Program-made: the position numbers and the translations under genes
The notes under the pieces: model-generated
Told to the model about the DNA's origin: nothing
Databases searched by the model: none
What the model saw: the letters and a program-made list of their open reading frames with translations, nothing else
In this document: one piece after another, positions 50,182 through 61,163 of the stretch
Position numbering within the stretch: position 1 is the stretch's first letter
Layout of the letters: each line of letters opens with the position of its first letter
From: a virus
Lineage: Duplodnaviria > Caudoviricetes
Length of the DNA stretch: 64,000 bases
Reading direction: 5' to 3' (one strand)
IMG/VR virus record: IMGVR_UViG_3300042483_000388

Positions 50182-50475
50182 ATGTCAACAATAATATATG
50201 AAGGTAAGGTAGATCAACAAATATTTAATTATTTGGTCAGACATTATAAAGTGGTATTTATACCAAATGATAACCATATTGATTTACCAAGTTTAATTAT
50301 AGAAGACGATAGGAACTTTCAAATTGAGGGCAATCGAAAATACTTGAAACAAAAGATATTCAATTTAATTGAAGAAAGAAAACCTGAGTTAGTTGTGGGG
50401 AAAGAAAACATTGCAACAACATATAAAACAATAAAACACTTTTTAGAAAGTGCTTCAAAAATTAAAAAAACTTAA
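50182..50475 (+). CDS. hypothetical protein
   Basis: Start reset to MSTIIYEG at 50182. Confidence 0.6.
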   Translation: MSTIIYEGKVDQQIFNYLVRHYKVVFIPNDNHIDLPSLIIEDDRNFQIEGNRKYLKQKIFNLIEERKPELVVGKENIATTYKTIKHFLESASKIKKT

Positions 50476-50479
50476 AACT

Positions 50480-50833
50480 ATGTCACATCCAATATTACAC
50501 GCAAAAAGTTCGGCAAAGAAGTTCGGAGGAAAATGGGAAGATTATATTCATCTCCATAATTATCTTGATGAAACAAAAGCTTGGTATGGTCATTCATTTC
50601 ATAGAATGTTTCGTCATCATTCGGAGGGTATATTTGAGATGCAAGAACGTTTTGGTGAGACCTTCGTAAATAGTGATGGTAAAACCGTTTACACTCGTTA
50701 CGTCGGAGAACAACACGTCAAAGAGGATTGTGATGGATACATTCCAACTGCAAGAGAATGGATAATGGTTTTAGAAACAAAACAAAGACCTACGTGGGTT
50801 ACAAAAACTCAGAAATTAGAGTTTGAAGATTGA
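50480..50833 (+). CDS. DUF6915-like protein
   Basis: MSHP..HA.SS.KKFGG..EDY..H...DE.KA...HR..RHH.EGIF...GEQHV.ED. Confidence 0.7.
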   Translation: MSHPILHAKSSAKKFGGKWEDYIHLHNYLDETKAWYGHSFHRMFRHHSEGIFEMQERFGETFVNSDGKTVYTRYVGEQHVKEDCDGYIPTAREWIMVLETKQRPTWVTKTQKLEFED

Positions 50834-50846
50834 AGTATTTATTAAT

Positions 50847-52300
50847 ATGGAATTAACCGATAAAGAAAAACAAGAATTTAGAAAATTTAAAATGCTTCTT
50901 TTGGCTTACGATGATCCTGGTGAGTGGTATGCGAGTATACCGTATGATTATTATTATGATAGTGAAAACCCAATAGAATGGGATAATGCGGATACTTATT
51001 TTTACCATAAAAAAGAAAAAATTGAGATACCCCCATTTGTAGAATCTTATTTTTATAGGAACGTTAAGGGTATAGAATCTGAGAACGTAATATCTAATAC
51101 TGTACCTGAGAATTCTAAAGAGAGAGGTGAAATAATTTTTACTATTGACACACAAACCAATGAGTTAAAGTTTGATATAAATCATTTTACCCTTAAAGAA
51201 GATATGAATGTTTACGAAACAACAATTCAGAATATATTGGAAAATTATGTTTACAAACCAGAAGAATACCGTAGTGAAATAATGGGTTTATCTAACAAAA
51301 ACAACATTGATGAGGTTAATTTTGATGGGGCACAAGGGTACGGAGATTATAGTCAACTTTACTATGATTCAAGATTAGTCAATAATTTAGTTGATGGTGT
51401 TCTTGACAAGTTTGATGTTAAAGATTGGGACGAAGAATATGGTGGAAATGGAAGTGTAAAAATTGATTATGGTAAAGATAAAATAACATTAAATATTACT
51501 GAATATCTTGAGGATGAGGTTATAGTAAATTATAAAAAATATAAAATTTAATTAGAATGGAATTAACACCACAACAAATAAAAGACTTAAAAAGATATTC
51601 ATTACTTCTACAAGCAAATAATTTGGAAGACGGATTAACATGGACCATACAATATTGGGAGGGAGACGGATTCCAAGGACTTGAAGGTCCTTACTATAAT
51701 GGTAGGTCTTCAGACCATATAGGGTTCACACCAAAATCAATTGAAGATTTATTTGAAGATTATTCAAATCAATTTAACACAGATGAATTTTATAATGAAG
51801 ATTTTGGATATGAAGATGGTTCACTATCATTCACAATTTATGCTGATAGACAAGAAATTGTAATCGATAGAAACTACAGAACAAGAGAAAGTGAAAATAC
51901 CGAAAATAGGGTTAGTTTTGAACAGATAAATTCAGCCGAACAACATTGGTGGGGACGAAATGATCGTGAACGTGAAATAAAAAAATTAACAAATGACAAT
52001 TATGTTAATAAGTTAATTGAGGAGTATGGTAATACAATTACCATATCTTATGAAGGTGGCGGTGATGATGGTTGGTTAAATGATAATATGGATACCGAAA
52101 AACAAGGTTCTGTGACCGTTCCACCACTACTTGAATCTATGATATATGAGATTATTAGTATTTATCATAGTGGTTATGAAAACAATGAAGGTGGTTATGG
52201 TGCGATAACTTTGGATTTAGTTAACAAGTATGCTAATATTGATCACACATCATATTATGATGGTGATGATAATGAAACGGTTGAGACAATAAAGTTTTAA
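50847..52300 (+). CDS. two paralogous acidic proteins with DUF6878-like C-termini (50847..51551, 51557..52300)
   Basis: MELT..Q/E start; SYEGGGDDG...GYENNEGGYG.I.LD in the second, weaker in the first. Confidence 0.5.
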
Positions 52301-52317
52301 CTTGATATTTATTTAAG

Positions 52318-53181
52318 ATGGAAAATCTAATAAAAGAAGACGTATCAAGAATGTTATCAATAATGGGGGTTCAAACTCTAAATGAGGCATACTACCAAGA
52401 GTGTTCAAGATTCTTTGGTGATAATGAAAAACTACAAGTTTGTAAAAGAATTGCTAGTCTTAAAAGTTGGTTACATAAAGATGATGGACTTGGAATGAAG
52501 GCCATTATAAATGACAAACTTACCGAACTTAAAACAGATGTTCCTGAAAATTTAAAAGAAAAGTTTATTAATGCGGCTTACCTGTTACAAAACTTAGGTA
52601 AGATAACTAAAAGACAAACACAGAGTTTTATTATAAATAGAGTTGAGGGGGCTAAACTTATTTATGTTAATGGTGAATGGCAACCAGTAAACAAATTAAA
52701 TACAAATTATTCTGATTTGGCAGAACTTATAACTGATCTACTTTATAGAGGTGGAGACAACGCTAAACCATCCATTGATAGTATAATAGCTGATCCAAAA
52801 TCAGGATTGTTAGGGATTAAAAAATACCTCCCAAGATTAGTTGGTAAATATTTTGAGGACTCAAAAGAGTTGTTGGGATATACAAAAAACATTCAAAGAT
52901 CAAGTGATATAGGTGAGGTTGCTGAAAACGAAGTTAAATCTAAATTGGAAGATATTAGATTTGTTAGTGAATACACTGGTGGTAATGGTGATTTAATTGA
53001 TATGGTATTTGGTACTGACCTTATTATGTCAAGAGACGATGTCGGAACTAAGACTATCCAAGTTAAAAATTCAGAATGGGCATGGGATAGAAGTGATAGT
53101 TATAGTTACGTTGATTGGGTAATTATTGCAAATCCATTTACAATATACGACAATAAAACAAAACAAAAAGTTGAGTTGTGA
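52318..53181 (+). CDS. leader-bearing protein with a putative PD-(D/E)xK nuclease C-terminus
   Basis: GEVAE...IDMVFGTDLIM...TIQVK. Confidence 0.5.
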   Translation: MENLIKEDVSRMLSIMGVQTLNEAYYQECSRFFGDNEKLQVCKRIASLKSWLHKDDGLGMKAIINDKLTELKTDVPENLKEKFINAAYLLQNLGKITKRQTQSFIINRVEGAKLIYVNGEWQPVNKLNTNYSDLAELITDLLYRGGDNAKPSIDSIIADPKSGLLGIKKYLPRLVGKYFEDSKELLGYTKNIQRSSDIGEVAENEVKSKLEDIRFVSEYTGGNGDLIDMVFGTDLIMSRDDVGTKTIQVKNSEWAWDRSDSYSYVDWVIIANPFTIYDNKTKQKVEL

Positions 53182-54212
53182 TATTAGATAAAACAAAAAA
53201 ATTACTTGAAAAACTTTACATTAAAGGTGAAATGACAATTAGAGAAATCCAAGAATTAACTGGATTATCAATTGAAGAAATAATTTTTACAATTAAAGAT
53301 GTGGAAACGGTAATTGATTGTGAAATGGCATCCGATTTAATTTGGTATCTTTCACATTATACAGACATGTTAAAAGAAGATTTTTCAACCAACGAATATA
53401 AACTTGAGATTCTACTTAACAATGAGGGTTCCTCCGACTTTGTTTTCATTCAAGGTGAATATGAATTAACAGGTTACGCAACGCCATATTATGATGGTGA
53501 GTGTGAACTACCTATTGATGGTAATGGTATTTACGATAAAATACTTAATATGAGTTATGATGAATATCTTGATGAAACAATAGTCATAAGTAATATACCA
53601 AAAAGTTTTAATACGATAAGTGAGTTAGTTAATTGGTATAATAAAAAATACCCAAAATTAGTTATGTCAAAAATACCTACTTTACTTTATTGGTATACTG
53701 AACGTTTACAAGAAAAAATGAACGATCAAAATGAAGAAAACTATGACGATAGTTTGAATGAAAACTTTGACCAAATATTAGATTTTTACAAAAAAGTAAA
53801 AGAAGGTGGGAAGTTAAGGTCATCAGAGGAAGCGATGATGAGATCCTTTAAGAAACATGTCGATAAAGGTGGTAATGCGGAAGACTTTGTATATGACCTT
53901 GATAAAGAGATGGAACCTGACCAAAGAGAAGGACAGGTGTTTGATTACAATATAGGAGGATCTAATTTAAAATATACTTTCTCTGAAGAATACGAAGAAG
54001 ATGGTGATGACCACTATTTTGGTGAAATTAAATATAGAGGACAAGAATATCTCGGTATAATCTATACGGATAAAAAAGGTTATGTTTTAGGGTATGATTT
54101 CTATAACACCGGAGACCAAGACAACAGATTACAGGATATGATGGAAGAAGAAGATTTAAGTGACGAATTAACCTTCTTTTTTCAAGGGGAAGTTATTGAT
54201 AATTTAAGATAA
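53178..54212 (+). CDS. hypothetical protein; N-half paralogous to 56572..57147
   Basis: Shared IDC..A.DL, LTG.ATPY..G.C..P, P.SFN.I.EL motifs. Confidence 0.75.
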   Translation: MILDKTKKLLEKLYIKGEMTIREIQELTGLSIEEIIFTIKDVETVIDCEMASDLIWYLSHYTDMLKEDFSTNEYKLEILLNNEGSSDFVFIQGEYELTGYATPYYDGECELPIDGNGIYDKILNMSYDEYLDETIVISNIPKSFNTISELVNWYNKKYPKLVMSKIPTLLYWYTERLQEKMNDQNEENYDDSLNENFDQILDFYKKVKEGGKLRSSEEAMMRSFKKHVDKGGNAEDFVYDLDKEMEPDQREGQVFDYNIGGSNLKYTFSEEYEEDGDDHYFGEIKYRGQEYLGIIYTDKKGYVLGYDFYNTGDQDNRLQDMMEEEDLSDELTFFFQGEVIDNLR

Positions 54213-57200
54213 TGAAATATGTAATTACAGAAAATCAACATAAAATAATGTCCGAAGAAAATATTCGTAAGTTATGTTATGCCATTTGGGATAAACAAAA
54301 AAAGAAGGGAGAAGAACCCAATCTTGATGATGTGATTTATGATATTACCGGCATCAAAAAAAACACTCGTGAAGATTATGATACGATTAGACCTTTATGG
54401 TATGAATATAACGGAGGTTATGATGTGTTGTTTGAAAAACTTAAAGATGAAATTGATACCAAGGAATATAAGTTAGTTGAGGGTGAATTTGATTTGGAAA
54501 CAACAATTAAAGTTGTTCATCTTGATGTTAGTGGAACTCATTGGGTTGAAATTATGGTTGATGTTGATCCTCGTGGAACTATAGAATTTCATGGTTGGAA
54601 CGAAGAAACCGAGGAAGAATATGTGGTGAACGACACAATAGATGCTGCTTACCATGAGGCGTTACTTAATTATGAAGGTGCCGATTTCCAAGGAATGATT
54701 AGAAGTTCAGTATATGATTTCTTTTATGACTTATTAGAAAAATACGGAATTCCAATTGATGTGGATATTGACTTACAAGAAATACATGGAGCACCTTATG
54801 GGATAAATGAAAACCAACAAAAACCTAACAGAAAATCTGACATAATTAAAAATATATGGGATAAAGAAGAAGAGGAAAAAGGTTATGCCACATTTGATGA
54901 AGACATTCTTCAATATTTTAATATAACTGATGCCCAAGATAAATATAATTATGCAACTTTGTTTACCGATTATATTGGAGGATTTGATAAAGCCTTTAAA
55001 ATTATTGACAAAATAACGATGAATGATTTTAACACAAAAGATTTTCCTAAGAAAATTGTTGGTGGATATAATTTTGAATGGATAATTAGTAATTTAGGTG
55101 TAAAAGATGGTGAAGTTTTAATGGAGAGTGAAATTGCCAATGGGGGAACGGTAACCCTTATTGGTGATGGTAGAACGGTTACTTTATATGATGCTATACG
55201 TAATAACGACTATGGTTGGGAAATTGAAAGTGAAGTCAGGGAAGTGGTAGAAAACTGTATGAATTTTTTAATAAGACCTAAAACAGGAATAAAAATAGGT
55301 GTCCAATATGTTTCTATCAAATGAAAATAATACTATCTGAACAACAATATGTAATGTTATCTGAGTCAAAATTAAACCCAATGCAAAATCTTATTGACAT
55401 GGCTTTTGATGAGGTAAAAGAAAAATGTGAGGGAGGTTCTTATATAAGGTCACACCACAATTACATATGTGACCCAATAGAAATGATTGAAGAAATAAAG
55501 GTGGTAGATGTTTCAAAAACGACCTCTATAGGTTACCTTGAAAAAAAAGAATTATCGTCCATACATATAACCGTTGATATTAATCTTGATTCTATACATG
55601 AATATAATAATTTAGACAATTTTATTTATGAATTACAAGAAGAATCAAGAAATATTATAGGAGGAAAATTAGTATCCATATCAATAGGGGAAGTAACCAA
55701 TAAACGGAAAGAATTTAATTGGTGATGAAAATAATAATATCTGATAACCAATATAGTCTTTTAAAAGAATCAGTTGCTATTAAAAATATTGAGGCAATTA
55801 AAAAGTATTGGAAAAACAAACTAAAAAAAGGTGAGCAAATTAGATTTGAAAAAGAAGATTTAGTTTTTTGGGGTATTACTACCAGACAAGAAAAATTTTA
55901 TGCTCAAACGGCTTTTCAGGAATTAGTCGGAGATGAGGTGTTTACTGAAAAATTCATTAAAAACTTATTAAATAAAACATTTTCAACAAAAGATTTTAAC
56001 GATATAATTAATATTGGTGGTTATGATTTTGAGTGGATAATAACTGAAATGGAATATCGTGATTTTGATTTCTATTTATATGGAAAAACATTACCGGGAG
56101 GAACTGTTACTCTTATGGATGGTAGACACTTATCTTTAGATGAAGCAACAAATGACGAAGATCTATATTGGGAAATACAAGAAGAAGTTAATGGTGTTGT
56201 TCAAGACTGTATGAACGAAATAATTTTACATGCAACAGGGTATGAGGTAGAAGTATCATCAATAGTAATATCGGAAGAATGAAAATAATAATAACGGAAT
56301 CTCAAGCGGCATTAATAAGAAGGTTAAGTGAGTTAGAACAAATTCTTGATACTAATATTAAAGAATTAAACGATGATATAAAAGGTGGTGGACCAGGTAA
56401 TAAACCTGATAATTTTGGTGTTTATGAAAATTGGTTGATAAATAGAATTAAAGGTGATTTTGAAGATAATAACCCAAAGATTGAATTTACAAGTCACGAT
56501 TTTAAGATGTTAGTATCAGGGCAATTTAACGATAAAATTAGGAAAGGTTTTAATAAAGTTAAAAAGAAAAGATGAAAATAATATTATCAGAATCTCAATA
56601 TAAGAATCTTTTTGAATCCAAAGAAGAAAAGAAGTCAGACCTTTTATATAGTATGTGGGTGGAGGGAATGTCAATGGATGATATTAAAGATTATACGGGA
56701 ATGAATATACAACAAATAATTTATTATCTTAAAAATAAAGAAATGGACATAGATTGTAAATTTGCTGAGGATTTAGTTATAACTCTTATGTTTAACACTG
56801 ACTTTATTAATAAAAATTATAATTTTAACGATGGTCAAATGTTTCTAAACTTAAATTGGGGAGGTTCTGGTGGGTCTGTAGCATTTGAGTTTAATGATAA
56901 GGAATATAAGTTAACAGGATGGGCAACACCTTATTGGGGTGGTGATTGTGATACTCCTGTTGAAAGTAATTATTTTGAAAATAAAAAAACAGATGAATAT
57001 GCTGATGAATACGGAAGTACAGGTAACCGAATAGAAAACACACCATCAAGTTTTAACTCAATACAGGAACTTATTGATTTTTTAAATAACGATTACCCTA
57101 AACAATTAATCAAACCAATAAAAGAATTGATTGAAGATTATCTTTAAAAGACACGATTTTTTAATGTTAATGTCCAAACAATTTAACAATAAAGTTAAAA

Positions 57201-57516
57201 AGAAAAGATGAAAATAATATTATCAGAAAAACAGGCGGAAAGAATCTTTAAGGATAAGGTTACTTGTGATAAGTGCGAAAATTCTTGGGATGTTGAAAAT
57301 AATAGCAAACATCCTTATTTATGTCACGATTGTGGGTGGGACAGCAAGAAGAAAAACTATAACCAAAAAGAACTATTCAACTTTTGGAAGAAGGAACTCA
57401 CCAAAAAAGAAATTGATGAAAAGTGGTCGGAAAAATATAAAAAATCAATAAATTGTAATAACCCAAAAGGATTTAGCCAAAAGGCTCATTGTCAGGGTAA
57501 GAAAAAGAAAGATTAA
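54212..57516 (+). CDS. six MK(I/Y)I(I/L)(T/S)E-leader genes (54212, 55321, 55725, 56279, 56572, 57208)
   Basis: Mostly translationally coupled; paralogous domains; the last has two CxxC and INCNNPKGFSQKAHC. Confidence 0.8.
56552..57228 (+). repeat. 41-bp identical direct repeat flanking gene 56572..57147
   Basis: aataaagttaaaaagaaaagatgaaaataatattatcagaa at 56552-56592 and 57188-57228. Confidence 0.9.
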
Positions 57517-58094
57517 TTATGAACAAATAAAACTTTATTTATTTTTAAAATAGATGGTTTTGTTTTTAAGATATCCTCAAAATAATGCCAATCAGCTTCA
57601 AAAGAAATTGAATTAAACCCAACTTTTTTTGCTAATTCTGATTTTACAATAACACACCCCATATCTATTTTACCACTAATTAAGTGTGTGTTCATAAACC
57701 CATAAGTTGATTTATTGTGATTACTTTTATTACTATGTGAATGAACAACATCAAAGTATATAAAATCTTCGTTAAATTTTAAAACTTCATCAACCAAATT
57801 TGGTGTGTAATAATTATCGGCATTTGTTAATAAAACACGTTCAGATAAATTAAGATTTTCTAAAGACCATTTACGTAATATATGACCATAATTTTGAGTC
57901 CTAATAGGGTGTTCTATAAAATTTATTTTATCATTTAAATAGTTTTCATTTATTATAGATTCTTTTAGGGATGGGTTTGGACCGTCGTGAACAATAAACA
58001 GATTCCAATTATCATTAGTTTGACTTTTTATTGAATTAATAAAACACTTCAAAGATTCTATATGACCATAAGTTACCGCAATTATAGTTATCAT
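57513..58094 (-). CDS. glycosyltransferase family 2
   Basis: IIAVTY, VHDG, TNADNY, DMGC, ADW. Confidence 0.85.
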   Translation of the reverse strand: MITIIAVTYGHIESLKCFINSIKSQTNDNWNLFIVHDGPNPSLKESIINENYLNDKINFIEHPIRTQNYGHILRKWSLENLNLSERVLLTNADNYYTPNLVDEVLKFNEDFIYFDVVHSHSNKSNHNKSTYGFMNTHLISGKIDMGCVIVKSELAKKVGFNSISFEADWHYFEDILKTKPSILKINKVLFVHN

Positions 58095-58180
58095 AATTGA
58101 ATTTTAGTTTAATTTAAATAAATGTAAAATGGTCATAGTTTATAAAAAATTTTATTACCTTATAATTATTAAAAAAAGTT

Positions 58181-58927
58181 ATGGTTAAACCAATTATAGA
58201 ACAAAACTCTGGTTATGCTTTAGGTAATTTTATAATGTTAACACCAGGAATAAAAAGGTTATCAGAAAAGGTAGGACATAAAATTGATGTTTATTTTACA
58301 ATACCTTATGTAAAAGAATGCTTTATTGATTGTGATTTTATGAATCACGTAGGTAAATTACGAAGAAAACCAACATTCTCCTCAAAAATGATTAATCTAA
58401 ATGTGCCAGATTATGAATATACGTTTGAATTAATGGTTAATGAAAAATGGTCTGAAAAATATCACACATATGTTGATACAGCGATGGAGATACCAAAGAA
58501 TAGTGAGGATTATTTATTATTATTAAATGGTTTAGGTGGGTTATCACTTAACGATAATGACCCCAAACCAAAATGGTATGGTAAGAAAGAAATTCCCGAA
58601 GAAATATTCAATACCATAAAAGAGAATAGTGGTTTACCAATTTATTTTACGGGATCGGAATCAGATATGAAACAAAACCCATGGATGGAAAAAATATGTG
58701 ATAAGATAGAAATAGGTAATATTAGAAAATCTTTATCATTGGTAAGAGACGCAAAAAAGATTATCTCAAACGATACTGGATTGGCCCATTGCGCAGGTGC
58801 AATGAATAAAGATATATTAATACTTTGGAAGGATACACCATTTATTAAAAATCAAAATCCAAGTAAAAATACAAAATACTCACAAAAAAATAATTGGTTA
58901 GAAGAAATAAAAAAATATTTAAAATAG
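58181..58927 (+). CDS. GT-B glycosyltransferase, GT9/heptosyltransferase-like
   Basis: LGNFIMLTP, ISNDTGLAHCAGAM. Confidence 0.8.
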   Translation: MVKPIIEQNSGYALGNFIMLTPGIKRLSEKVGHKIDVYFTIPYVKECFIDCDFMNHVGKLRRKPTFSSKMINLNVPDYEYTFELMVNEKWSEKYHTYVDTAMEIPKNSEDYLLLLNGLGGLSLNDNDPKPKWYGKKEIPEEIFNTIKENSGLPIYFTGSESDMKQNPWMEKICDKIEIGNIRKSLSLVRDAKKIISNDTGLAHCAGAMNKDILILWKDTPFIKNQNPSKNTKYSQKNNWLEEIKKYLK

Positions 58928-59548
58928 ATGGAAATTATAACATTTTACGATAAAAAAATAAAACCATTAGTTGTTGATTTACAAAGAAGAGTTTTTGAAA
59001 GATATGGTTTTACAATAAATCAAATAATGGTCGATAACTGGACAACACATGGAGACGCTGTTGACAATTATTTGAAAAATTTAAATGATCCTGACGAAAT
59101 AATTGTTTTATTTGATATTGATGCAATTCCATTAAATAAAAAAATAATACCATTTGCTGTTGATTGGGCTAAAAATAACATTGGGTTATTTGGAAATGCT
59201 CAGGTTGCTCCCAAATTAAAATCGCCACATAATAAGTTTATTTATGCGGCACCATCGTTTTTAGTTTTTAGTGTTAAAACCTATAATATTTTAGGTAGAC
59301 CATCATTTAATACAACCCAAAGATCTGATTGTGGTGGAGAACTTTCACACATTGCAAAAGAAAAAGGGTTACCTGTTAATTTATTATTACCAAATCACGC
59401 TGAGATAGCTAATTTTGATCTTGATGGGGTACATAGTTTTGGGTATGGAACTACTTACAGTAATAACACATATCATGCTTTTGAATCAAGATTCGGTAAA
59501 AAAGACGTGTTCTTCATTAATAAATGTAATTCAATATTAGGGATATGA
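58928..59548 (+). CDS. putative nucleotide-diphospho-sugar transferase
   Basis: LFDIDAIPL DxD motif. Confidence 0.6.
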   Translation: MEIITFYDKKIKPLVVDLQRRVFERYGFTINQIMVDNWTTHGDAVDNYLKNLNDPDEIIVLFDIDAIPLNKKIIPFAVDWAKNNIGLFGNAQVAPKLKSPHNKFIYAAPSFLVFSVKTYNILGRPSFNTTQRSDCGGELSHIAKEKGLPVNLLLPNHAEIANFDLDGVHSFGYGTTYSNNTYHAFESRFGKKDVFFINKCNSILGI

Positions 59549-60243
59549 TTATGGAATATGATTTTTGCGTTTTAATTACAACATATAACAGACCTGAAAA
59601 GTTATATAATTTATTAGATGATATTGAATTTAATAAAAAAAATTATAAAATTCTTGTTGTTGTTTTTGATGATGGAAGCACCGAAAAATTAGACTTAACT
59701 AATAGGAATTTGGTCAAAATAGGGATGTTCCCAAATATGGGAAAAAGAAAATATTATGTTACTTTTAATGCGACATTTAGTTTTGTTAAAAATGTAAACT
59801 CAAAGTATTTTATTTATCTTCCTGATGACGTTTCTTTGGTTAATGGTTTTTTCGAGGAATCTAAACGTATTTACGATTCAATAACGTCAACAAAAAAAAT
59901 ATGTTTAAGTATACTCACAGATGATAGGATTAATAAATCACATTGGGGGTATAGTAACCCTAAAGATTTTGGTGAGTTTTTACAAACACAATGGAATGAT
60001 TTATGTTTTATTTGTGAAAAAAAATTCTTTGAATCTCTTAATTACAGACTTGATAAAATTAGTGAAAGTAGATGGATAAATAATCCGAATATAAGTTCTG
60101 GTGTAGGACATCAAATAACACAAAGATTGAATAGTGGTGGTAAATTTTTATATCACGTCAAAAACTCTTTAGTTAATCACGGAAATCACGAATCTAAAAT
60201 GAATAAAACTGAAAGAGAAAAAAATAAACTTATTACTTTATGA
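59545..60243 (+). CDS. glycosyltransferase family 2
   Basis: LITTYNR, FDDGS, LPDD. Confidence 0.85.
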   Translation: MIMEYDFCVLITTYNRPEKLYNLLDDIEFNKKNYKILVVVFDDGSTEKLDLTNRNLVKIGMFPNMGKRKYYVTFNATFSFVKNVNSKYFIYLPDDVSLVNGFFEESKRIYDSITSTKKICLSILTDDRINKSHWGYSNPKDFGEFLQTQWNDLCFICEKKFFESLNYRLDKISESRWINNPNISSGVGHQITQRLNSGGKFLYHVKNSLVNHGNHESKMNKTEREKNKLITL

Positions 60244-61163
60244 GTGAAAAAACTATAATTAATGTTGCGTCATATAATAGAATTGAAAGTTTAATAAATA
60301 CAATAAATTCAATATATGATCAATGCGATGTGATTAACATTTTTTTAAATGATCATACAGGTGAAATACCTGAAAAATTATTAGATAGTAAAATAAATTT
60401 ATTTTTTTCTGATAATAGTTATGGAGACGCATTAAAATTTGCCAAATTAATGGAATCTGACGGTTATTATCTTACAATTGATGATGATTTAATATATCCC
60501 CCTAATTATGTAAATTATATGGTGAGTAGATGTAAAGAATACTCAAATAAAAGAGTTGTAACTTTACATGGAAGAAACTTCCCATCATTTCCAATAAACT
60601 CTTATTATAATTCTTATAGAGAATTATATCATTGTCTTAAACCACAAAGAAAAAATGTATTAGTTCAATTTGGTGGTACTGGGGTTATGTGTTTTCATAC
60701 CGACTTAATGAAAATACCAATAGAATTTTTTTTATATCCAAACATGGCCGACATATGGGTTGGAAAATATTGTATTGAAAATAATATTGAGATGATTTGT
60801 ATTACACATCCTGGTGATTTTTTAAAATATCAACCTCAAAAATCAACAATTTACGATATAGAATCAAAATCCGATAGTTACCAAACAAATATTGTTAACC
60901 AAATTTTTGATCCAAAAATAGAAAACAATATTGATAATATTTTGATACCAGTGCAAAGTGAACCAACAGAAAGGCCAATACCTATTATTAGTAAATTAGA
61001 AAAGACACCATCAAAAATAAATTATGATAAGGTTAATAGTATTTTTAATAAACAAAATCACGTTGGTAAGGTCGTTAGTAAACCAAGTAATGTCATTATT
61101 CAAAACCCATCAACTAACACACAAATGATACAAAAATTAATGGGTAAACAGAAGCGCAAGTGA
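60240..61163 (+). CDS. GT-A glycosyltransferase
   Basis: TIDDDLIYP, GGTGVM, MADIW. Confidence 0.8.
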   Translation: MSEKTIINVASYNRIESLINTINSIYDQCDVINIFLNDHTGEIPEKLLDSKINLFFSDNSYGDALKFAKLMESDGYYLTIDDDLIYPPNYVNYMVSRCKEYSNKRVVTLHGRNFPSFPINSYYNSYRELYHCLKPQRKNVLVQFGGTGVMCFHTDLMKIPIEFFLYPNMADIWVGKYCIENNIEMICITHPGDFLKYQPQKSTIYDIESKSDSYQTNIVNQIFDPKIENNIDNILIPVQSEPTERPIPIISKLEKTPSKINYDKVNSIFNKQNHVGKVVSKPSNVIIQNPSTNTQMIQKLMGKQKRK

